A DNA stretch of 64,000 nt from Eledone cirrhosa (lineage: Eukaryota): assembly GCA_964016885.1 (NCBI GenBank), contig OZ024742.1, positions 376,464,001-376,528,000 on the forward strand. Direction: 5' to 3'. The notes below the pieces were generated by a model. The model saw nothing but the letters and a program-made list of their open reading frames with translations, searched no databases and was not told where the DNA came from. Positions 30,001 through 39,692 of the stretch are shown here, in pieces (within the stretch, counting starts at the first letter, position 1; every line of letters begins with the position of its first letter). Both the position numbers and the translations under genes were made by a program.

Positions 30001-33000
30001 CAATACTATGTAACAACAGTCTCTGTAACAATAGATATATAGTTAAAACCATCAACTCTCACAGATTGTTAGTTTTACAACAATACTATGTAACAGCAGT
30101 CTCTGTAACAATAGATATATAGTTAAAACTATCAACTCTCATAGATTGTTAGTTTTACAACAATACTATGTAACAGCAGTCTCTGTAATAATAGATGTAT
30201 AGTTAAAACTATCAACTCTCACAGATTGTTAGTTTTACAACAATACTATGTAACAACAGTCTCTGTAACAATAGATATATAGTTAAAACCATCAACTCTC
30301 ACAGATTGTTAGTTTTACAACAATACTATGTAACAGCAGTCTCTGTAACAATAGATATATAGTTAAAACTATCAACTCTCACAGATTGTTAGTTTTACAA
30401 CAATACTATGTAACAGCAGTCTCTGTAACAATAGATATATAGTTAAAACTATCAACTCTCACAGATTGTTAGTTTTACAACAATACTATGTAACAGCAGT
30501 CTCTGTAACAATAGATATATATTTAAAACCATCAACTGTCACAGATTGTTAGTTTTACAACAATACTATGTAACAACAGTCTCAGTAACAATAGATATAT
30601 AGTTAAAACTATCAACTCTCACAGATTGTTAGTTTTACAACAATACTATGTAACAACAGACTCTGTAACAATAGATATATAGTTAAAACTATCAACACTC
30701 ACAGATTGTTACTTTTACAACAATACTATGTAACAGCAAGTCTCTGTAACAATAGATATATAGTTAAAACTATCAACTGTCACAGATTGTTAGTTTTACA
30801 ACAATACTATGTACCTTCAGTCTCTGTAACAATTGATATATAGTTAAAACTATCAACTCTCACAGATTGTTAGTTTTACAACAATACTATGTAACAGCAG
30901 ACTCTGTAACAATAGATATATAGTTAAAACTATCAACTCTCACAGATTGTTAATCTTACAACAATACTATGTAATAGCAGTCTCTGTAACAATAGATATA
31001 TAGTTAAAACCATCAACTCTCACAGATTGTTAGTTTTACAACAATTCTATGTAACAGCAGTCTCTGTAACAATAGATATATAGTTAAAACCATCAACTCT
31101 CACAGATTGTTACTTTTACAACAATACTATGTAACAGCAGTCTCTGTAACAATAGATATATAGTTAGAACTATCAACTCTCACAGATTGTTAGTTTTACA
31201 ACAATACTATGTAACAGCAGTCTCTGTAACAATAGATATATAGTTAAAACCATCAACTCTCACAGATTGTTACTTTTACAACAATACTATGTAACAGTAG
31301 TCTCTGTAACAATAGATATATAGTTAGAACTATCAACTCTCACAGATTGTTAGTTTTACAACAATACTATGTAACAGCAGTCTCTGTAACAATAGATATA
31401 TAGTTAAAACCATCAACTCTCACAGATTGTTAGTTTTACAACAATACTATGTAACAGCAGTCTCTGTAACAATAGATATATAGTTAAAACCATCAACTCT
31501 CACAGATTGTTAGTTTTACAACAATACTATGTAACAGCAGTCTCTGTAACAATAGATATATAGTTAAAACTATCAACTGCCACAGATTGTTAGTTTTACA
31601 ACAATACTATGTAACAACATTCTCTGTAATAATAGATATATAGTTAAAACTATCAACTCTCACAGATTGTTAGTTTTACAACAATACTATGTAACAGCAG
31701 TCTCTGTAACAATAGATATATAGTTAGAACTATCAACTCTCACAGATTGTTAGTTTTACAACAATACTATGTAACAGCAGACTCTGTAACAATAGATATA
31801 TAGTTAAAACTATCAACTCTCATAGATTGTTAGTTTTACAACAATACTATGTAACAGCAGTCTCTGTGACAATAGATATATAGTTAAAACCATCAACTGT
31901 CACAGATTGTTACTTTTACAACAATACTATGTAACAGCAGTCTCTGTAACAATAGATATATAGTTAAAAACCATCAACTCTCACAGATGGTTAGTTTTAC
32001 AACAATACTATGTAACAGCAGACTCTGTAACAATAGATATATAGTTAAAACTATCAACTCTCACAGATTGTTAGTTTTACAACAATACTATGTAACAACA
32101 GACTCTGTAACAATAGATATATAGTTAGAACTATCAACTCTCACAGATTGTTACTTTTACAACAATACTATGTAACAGCAGACTCTGTAACAATAGATAT
32201 ATAGTTATAACCATCAACTCTCACAGATTGATACTTTTACAACAATACTATGTAACAGCACACTCTGTAATAATAGATATATAGTTAAAACTATCAACTC
32301 TCACAGATTGTTAGTTTTACAACAATACTATGTAACAGCAGACTCTGTAACAATAGATATATAGTTAAAACTATCAACTCTCACAGATTGTTAGTTTTAC
32401 AACAATACTATGTAACAGCAGACTCTGTAACAATAGATATATAGTTAAAACTATCAACTCTCACATATTGTTAGTTTTATAACAATACTATGTAACAGCA
32501 GACTCTGTAACAATAGATATATATTTAAAACCATAAACTGTCACAGATTGTTAGTTTTACAACAATACTATGTAACAGCAGACTCTGTAACAATAGATAT
32601 ATAGTTAAAATCATCAACTCTTACAGATTGTTACTTTTACAACAATACTATGTAACAGCACACTCTGTAACAATAGATATATAGTTAAAACTATCAACTC
32701 TCACAGATTGTTAGTTTTACAACAATACTATGTAGCAGCAGTATCTGTAAAAATAGATATATAGCTAAAACCATCAACTCTCACAGATTGTTAGTTTTAC
32801 AACAATACTATGTAACAGCAGTCTCTGTAATAATAGATGTATAGTTAAAACTATCAACTCTCACAGATTGTTAGTTTTACAACAATACTATGTAACAACA
32901 GTCTCTGTAAAAATAGATATATAGTTAAAACCATCAACTCTCACAGATTGTTAGTTTTACAACAATACTATGTAACAGCAGTCTCTGTAACAATAGATAT

Positions 33001-36000
33001 ATAGTTAAAACTATCAACTCTCACAGATTGTTAGTTTTACAACAATACTATGTAACAGCAGTCTCTGTAACAATAGATATATATTTAAAACCATCAACTG
33101 TCACAGATTGTTAGTTTTACAACAATACTATGTAACAGCAGTCTCTGTAACAATAGATATATAGTTAAAACTATCAACACTCACAGATTGTTACTTTTAC
33201 AACAATACTATGTAACAGCAGTCTCTGTAACAATAGATATATAGTTAAAACTATCAACTCTCACAGATTGTTAGTTTTACAACAATACTATGTAGCAGCA
33301 GTATCTGTAAAAATAGATATATAGCTAAAACCATCAACTCTCACAGATTGTTAGTTTTACAACAATACTATGTAACAGCAGTCTCTGTAACAATAGATAT
33401 ATAGTTAAAACTATCAACTCTCACATATTGTTACATTTACCACAATACTATGTAACAGCAGTCTCTGTAACAATAGATATATAGTTAAAACCATCAACTC
33501 TCACAGATTGTTACTTTTACAACAATACTATGTAACAGCAGTCTCTGTAACAATAGATATATAGTTAAAATCATCAACTCTTACAGATTGTTACTTTTAC
33601 AACAATACTATGTAGCAGCAGCCTCTGTAACAATAGATATATAGTTAAAACTAACAACTCTCACAGATTATTACTTTTACAACAATACTATGTAACAGCA
33701 AGTCTCTGTAACAATAGATATATAGTTAAAACTATCAACTCTCACAGATTGTTACTTTTACAACAATACTATGTAACAGCAGTCTCTGTAACAATAGATA
33801 TATAGTTAAAACTATCAACTCTCACAGATTGTTAGTTTTACAACAATACTATGTAACAGCAGTCTCTGTAACAATAGATATATAGTTAAAACTATCAACT
33901 CTCACAGATTGTTAGTTTTACAACAATACTATGTAACAGCAGTCTCTGTAACAATAGATATATATTTAAAACCATCAACTGTCACAGATTGTTAGTTTTA
34001 CAACAATACTATGTAACAACAGTCTCAGTAACAATAGATATATAGTTAAAACTATCAACTCTCACAGATTGTTAGTTTTACAACAATACTATGTAACAAC
34101 AGACTCTGTAACAATAGATATATAGTTAAAACTATCAACACTCACAGATTATTACTTTTACAACAATACTATGTAACAGCAAGTCTCTGTAACAATAGAT
34201 ATATAGTTAAAACTATCAACTGTCACAGATTGTTAGTTTTACAACAATACTATGTACCTTCAGTCTCTGTAACAATTGATATATAGTTAAAACTATCAAC
34301 TTTCACAGATTGTTAGTTTTACAACGATACTATGTACCAGCAGTCTCTGTAACAATAGATATATAGTTAAAACCATCAACTCTCACAGATTGTTAGTTTT
34401 ACAACAATACTATGTACCAGCAGTCTCTGTAACAATAGATATATAGTTAAAACTATCAACTTTCACAGATTGTTAGTTTTACAACAATACTATGTACCAG
34501 CAGTCTCTGTAACAATAGATATATAGTTAAAACTATCAACTCTCACAGATTATTACTTTTACAACAATACTATGTAACAGCAAGTCTCTGTAAAAATAGA
34601 TATATAGTTAAAACTATCAACTCTCACAGATTGTTAGTTTTACAACAATACTATGTACCTGCAGTCTCTGTAACAATTGATATATAGTTAAAACTATCAA
34701 CTCTCACAGATTGTTAGTTTTACAACGATACTATGTACCAGCAGTCTCTGTAACAATAGATATATAGTTAAAACTATCAACTCTCACAGATTGTTAGTTT
34801 TACAACAATACTATGTACCAGCAGTCTCTGTAACAATAGATATATAGTTAAAACTATCAACTCTCACAGATTGTTAGGTTTACAACAATACTATGTACCA
34901 GCAGTCTCTGTAACAATAGATATATAGTTAAAACTATCAACTCTCACAGATTGTTAGTTTTACAACAATACTATGTAACAGCAGTCTCTGTAACAATAGA
35001 TATATAGTTAAAACTATCAACTCTCACAGATTGTTAGTTTTACAACAATACTATGTAACAGCAGACTCTGTAACAATAGATATATAGTTAAAACTATCAA
35101 CTCTCACAGATTGTTAGTCTTACAACAATACTATGTAATAGCAGTCTCTGTAACAATAGATATATAGTTAAAACCATCAACTCTCACAGATTGTTAGTTT
35201 TACAACAATTCTATGTAACAGCAGTCTCTGTAACAATAGATATATAGTTAAAACCATCAACTCTCACAGATTGTTACTTTTACAACAATACTATGTAACA
35301 GCAGTCTCTGTAACAATAGATATATAGTTAGAACTATCAACTCTCACAGATTGTTAGTTTTACAACAATACTATGTAACAGCAGTCTCTGTAACAATAGA
35401 TATATAGTTAAAACCATCAACTCTCACAGATTGTTACTTTTACAACAATACTATGTAACAGTAGTCTCTGTAACAATAGATATATAGTTAGGACTATCAA
35501 CTCTCACAGATTGTTAGTTTTACAACAATACTATGTAACAGCAGTCTCTGTAACAATAGATATATAGTTAAAACCATCAACTCTCACAGATTGTTAGTTT
35601 TACAACAATACTATGTAACAGCAGTCTCTGTAACAATAGATATATAGTTAAAACCATCAACTCTCACAGATTGTTAGTTTTACAACAATACTATGTAACA
35701 GCAGTCTCTGTAACAATAGATATATAGTTAAAACTATCAACTGCCACAGATTGTTAGTTTTACAACAATACTATGTAACAACATTCTCTGTAATAATAGA
35801 TATATAGTTAAAACTATCAACTCTCACAGATTGTTAGTTTTACAACAATACTATGTAACAGCAGTCTCTGTAACAATAGATATATAGTTAGAACTATCAA
35901 CTCTCACAGATTGTTAGTTTTACAACAATACTATGTAACAGCAGACTCTGTAACAATAGATATATAGTTAAAACTATCAACTCTCATAGATTGTTAGTTT

Positions 36001-38463
36001 TACAACAATACTATGTAACAGCAGTCTCTGTGACAATAGATATATAGTTAAAACCATCAACTGTCACAGATTGTTACTTTTACAACAATACTATGTAACA
36101 GCAGTCTCTGTAACAATAGATATATAGTTAAAAACCATCAACTCTCACAGATGGTTAGTTTTACAACAATACTATGTAACAGCAGACTCTGTAACAATAG
36201 ATATATAGTTAAAACTATCAACTCTCACAGATTGTTAGTTTTACAACAATACTATGTAACAACAGACTCTGTAACAATAGATATATAGTTAGAACTATCA
36301 ACTCTCACAGATTGTTACTTTTACAACAATACTATGTAACAGCAGACTCTGTAACAATAGATATATAGTTATAACCATCAACTCTCACAGATTGATACTT
36401 TTACAACAATACTATGTAACAGCACACTCTGTAATAATAGATATATAGTTAAAACTATCAACTCTCACAGATTGTTAGTTTTACAACAATACTATGTAAC
36501 AGCAGACTCTGTAACAATAGATATATATTTAAAACCATAAACTGTCACAGATTGTTAGTTTTACAACAATACTATGTAACAACATTCTCTGTAACAATAG
36601 ATATATAGTTAAAACCATCAACTCTCACAGATTGTTACTGTTACAACAATACTATGTAACAACAGACTCTGTAACAATAGATATATAGTTAAAACCATCA
36701 ACTCTCACAGATTGTTACTGTTACAACAATACTATGTAACAACAGACTCTGTAACAATAGATATATAGTTAAAACTATCAACTCTCACAGATTGTTAGTT
36801 TTACAACAATACTATGTAACAGCAGACTCTGTAACAATAGATATATAGTTAAAACTATCAACTCTCACATATTGTTAGTTTTATAACAATACTATGTAAC
36901 AGCAGACTCTGTAACAATAGATATATATTTAAAACCATAAACTGTCACAGATTGTTAGTTTTACAACAATACTATGTAACAGCAGACTCTGTAACAATAG
37001 ATATATAGTTAAAACCATCAACTCTCACAGATTGTTACTGTTACAACAATACTATGTAACAACAGACTCTGTAACAATAGATATATAGTTAGAACTATCA
37101 ACTCTCACAGATTGTTACTTTTACAACAATACTATGTAACAGCAGACTCTGTAACAATAGATATATAGTTAAAACCATCAACTCTCACAGATTGTTAGTT
37201 TTACAACAATACTATGTAACAGCAGACTCTGTAACAATAGATATATATTTAAAACCATAAACTGTCACAGATTGTTACTTTTACAACAATACTATGTAAC
37301 AGCAGTCTCTGTAACAATAGATATATAGTTAAAACTATCAACTCTCACATATTGTTACATTTACCACAATACTATGTAACAGCAGTCTCTGTAACAATAG
37401 ATATATATTTAAAACCATCAACTGTCACAGATTGTTAGTTTTACAACAATACTATGTAACAGCAGTCTCTGTAACAATAGATATATAGTTAAAACTATCA
37501 ACACTCACAGATTGTTACTTTTACAACAATACTATGTAACAGCAGTCTCTGTAACAATAGATATATAGTTAAAACTATCAACTCTCACAGATTGTTAGTT
37601 TTACAACAATACTATGTAGCAGCAGTATCTGTAAAAATAGATATATAGCTAAAACCATCAACTCTCACAGATTGTTAGTTTTACAACAATACTATGTAAC
37701 AGCAGTCTCTGTAACAATAGATATATAGTTAAAACTATCAACTCTCACATATTGTTACATTTACCACAATACTATGTAACAGCAGTCTCTGTAACAATAG
37801 ATATATAGTTAAAACCATCAACTCTCACAGATTGTTACTTTTACAACAATACTATGTAACAGCAGTCTCTGTAACAATAGATATATAGTTAAAATCATCA
37901 ACTCTTACAGATTGTTACTTTTACAACAATACTATGTAGCAGCAGCCTCTGTAACAATAGATATATAGTTAAAACTAACAACTCTCACAGATTATTACTT
38001 TTACAACAATACTATGTAACAGCAAGTCTCTGTAACAATAGATATATAGTTAAAACTATCAACTCTCACAGATTGTTAGTTTTACAACAATACTATGTAC
38101 CAGCAGTCTCTGTAACAATAGATATATAGTTAAAACTATCAACTCTCACAGATTGTTAGTTTTACAACAATACTATGTAACAGCAGTCTCTGTAACAATA
38201 GATATATAGTTAAAACTATCAACTCTCACAGATTGTTAGTCTTACAACAATACTATGTAACAGCAGTCTCTGTAACAATAGATATATAGTTAAATTATCA
38301 ACTCTCACAGATTGTTAGTTTTACAACAATACTATGTAACAACAGACTCTGTAACAATAGATATATAGTTAAAACCATCAACTCTCACAGATTGTTAGTT
38401 TTACAACAATACTATGTAACAGCAGTCTCTGTAACAATAGATATATAGTTAGAACCATCAACT
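1..38463. repeat. 80-bp tandem satellite array, about 480 monomers, truncated by the left window edge
   Basis: Head-to-tail repeats of the consensus TCTGTAACAATAGATATATAGTTAAAACTATCAACTCTCACAGATTGTTAGTTTTACAACAATACTATGTAACAGCAGTC. Period is 80 bp (TCTGTAACAA at 1, 81, 161, 241...), with few substitutions per unit. The array decays into unique sequence at about 38463. Confidence 0.99.
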
Positions 38464-38563
38464 ATTCCCACACTGATTGTCTTTATATTTTATGTTTCGT
38501 ATTACTGTCAATTTGACACTTTGACATTTTGCCAAAGATGTGTCTGAAACTTTTAATTTTTTT

Positions 38564-38593
38564 TATATACGCATATATATGTATATGCGTATA

Positions 38594-38624
<31 letters not shown>

Positions 38625-38642
38625 GTACATACCCATATATAT
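38564..38642. repeat. Imperfect (AT)n microsatellite
   Basis: TATATACGCATATATATGTATATGCGTATATATATATATATATATATACATATATAT... read directly from the sequence. Confidence 0.9.
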
Positions 38643-38732
38643 ATCATCCTCATCATCATCATCATCATCATCACACATCCATTTTTCCATGCTATCATGG
38701 AGAAACAGGCATAAAACAATGATGATGATGAT
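38643..38732. mobile_element. Short palindromic element made of two head-to-head RTE-like 3' tails: (CAT)n...TCCATG-CTAT-CATGGA...(ATG)n
   Basis: The right arm GCTATCATGGAGAAACAGGCATAAAACAATGATGATGATG resembles the tail of the adjacent RTE fragment (GCAAGCAGGGAAAAGCAGACGTAAAATGATGATG). The left arm is the same kind of tail on the minus strand (TAGCATGGAAAAATGGATGTGTGATGATGATG). (AT)n flanks both sides. Confidence 0.6.
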
Positions 38733-38741
38733 ATATATATA

Positions 38742-38954
38742 AAGAAGTGCCCTGAAATCCCAGTAGAAGGAAGATGCAGCAGAGGAAGACCACTAAAAAG
38801 ATGGGCGGAGGTGGTGAGAGCAGACCTGAGATCGCTGAATCTCACGGAGGAGATGACGAAGGACTGTGACAAGTGGATAGATGCTGTGCTGAATAGGACC
38901 CGTCCCACCCTTGCAAGCAGGGAAAAGCAGACGTAAAATGATGATGATGATGAT
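38742..38954 (+). mobile_element. 5'-truncated RTE-clade non-LTR retrotransposon fragment (ORF C-terminus, 3' tail and (ATG)n)
   Basis: Manual translation of 38742-38936 gives KKCPEIPVEGRCSRGRPLKRWAEVVRADLRSLNLTEEMTKDCDKWIDAVLNRTRPTLASREKQT*. This matches the RTE C-terminal signature G.R.RGRP..RW...V..D...L....A.DR..W. An (ATG)n tail follows at 38938-38952, as is typical of RTE elements. (AT)n lies on both sides. Confidence 0.85.
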
Positions 38955-38998
38955 ATATATATATATATATACAGATATATATGTATATATGTATGTAT
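38953..38998. repeat. (AT)n microsatellite
   Basis: ATATATATATATATATATACAGATATATATGTATATATGTATGTAT read directly. Confidence 0.85.
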
Positions 38999-39156
38999 AA
39001 TCAGGAGATGAAGCAAGTCGAATAGAACGGACATAACTTCAGCTGTTTCCTTACTCAGTGGGGAACTAAGTTGGTATTATTAAAATTCAAACCCAGCTGG
39101 TCAGAATGTACACTTTACATAATCAGTGAGGCAGACGACTTTATGTGGGTCAGATA

Positions 39157-39197
39157 ATATATACACACACATGCATATATATATATATGTATATATA
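39157..39197. repeat. Mixed (AC)n/(AT)n microsatellite
   Basis: ATATATACACACACATGCATATATATATATATGTATATATAT read directly. Confidence 0.8.
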
Positions 39198-39278
39198 TCA
39201 TCAACATCAGTATCATCACCGTTTAAGGTCCAATTTTCCTTGCTAATATGGAAAAACTTATGTAAAAATGTTGATGAT
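39197..39278. mobile_element. Second short palindromic element of two head-to-head RTE-like 3' tails
   Basis: ATCATCAACATCAGTATCATCACCGTTTAAGGTCCAATTTTCCTTGCTAATATGGAAAAACTTATGTAAAAATGTTGATGAT. The left arm reads TAGCAAGGAAAATTGGACCTTAAACGGTGATGAT on the minus strand and the right arm is GCTAATATGGAAAAACTTATGTAAAAATGTTGATGAT. Both resemble the RTE tail at 38913-38954. Central dyad TTTTCC...GGAAAA, with (AT)n flanks. Confidence 0.6.
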
Positions 39279-39324
39279 ATATATATATATACACAAACAC
39301 ACACATATATGGATATATATATAT

Positions 39325-39568
39325 GTCAACAGTCGATTGACCTCATTCGGATGACGAGTGGGCTTGAGCTCATCCAGTCGGAACAAGGAAACAATGTTTC
39401 CATTGGTCTTTCCAATTGCTAATACTATCTGTCAGTCGCAAATCCAGGCAGAAGGAGCCACATGAAATAAAGTGTCTTGCTCAAGGACACAACACATCGC
39501 CTGGTGTGGGAATCAAACTCACAACCTCAAGATTGCAAACCCAGTTCTCTAACCACTCAGTCACGCCA
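39325..39568 (-). mobile_element. tRNA-derived CORE-type SINE
   Basis: The minus strand reads TGGCGTGACTGAGTGGTTAGAG (A-box-like)...GGTTGTGAGTTTGATTCCC (B-box-like), then TTGTGTCCTTGAGCAAGACACTT, which matches the CORE-SINE motif (compare MIR TGTGACCTTGGGCAAGTCACTT). The 3' boundary is placed at the adjoining (AT)/(GT) microsatellite and is approximate. Confidence 0.8.
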
Positions 39569-39632
39569 TCAATATAAATGATGATGATGGTGATATACAT
39601 ATATATATGGAGGGAGTGTAATGTGAAGTTAC

Positions 39633-39690
39633 TGTAGGTTCCCCCAGGTGAGCACTCGATATAGGTTCACGGCAGTAGCATGGTGAAGAG
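39633..39690 (-). CDS. Candidate 58-nt internal exon of an unidentified host gene
   Basis: A GC-balanced unique island. On the minus strand it is bounded by ...TATTACACTCTGTCTAG (acceptor AG at 39692-39691) and CA|GTAACT (donor GT at 39632-39631). Two frames are open: xLHHATAVNLYRVLTWGNLx and SSPCYCREPISSAHLGEPT. I do not recognise the protein. Confidence 0.4.
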
Positions 39691-39692
39691 CT

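Noticed and set aside
1-38463. Telomeric repeat or definitive centromere call
   Set aside because: No (TTAGGG)n tract is present, and centromere identity cannot be inferred from sequence alone.
38506-38543. Possible next minus-strand exon (TTTCAG|ACACATC...GACA|GTAATA; HIFGKMSKCQID), in compatible phase with the 58-nt candidate
   Set aside because: The acceptor is preceded by an A-rich tract rather than pyrimidines, the donor is weak and the segment is AT-rich, so support is insufficient.
38483-39422. ORFs with poly-His, poly-Met, poly-Ile and YI repeats in the island
   Set aside because: They are translations of (CAT)n, (ATG)n and (AT)n microsatellites and of antisense RTE/SINE sequence.
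39495-39568. tRNA gene on the minus strand
   Set aside because: A/B-box-like motifs are present but degenerate and are followed directly by a CORE domain, so this is a SINE head rather than a tRNA gene.
39614-39622. GAGTGTAAT match to the 24-bp monomer on the far side of the candidate exon
   Set aside because: It is only 9 bp. It might be a relic or direct repeat, but it is too short to distinguish from chance.
39638-39653. Plus-strand 10-nt microexon (TGTAG|GTTCCCCCAG|GTGAGC)
   Set aside because: The donor is good, but there is no pyrimidine tract before the acceptor. The minus-strand 58-nt exon explains both edges of the unique segment better. It is not fully excluded without RNA data.
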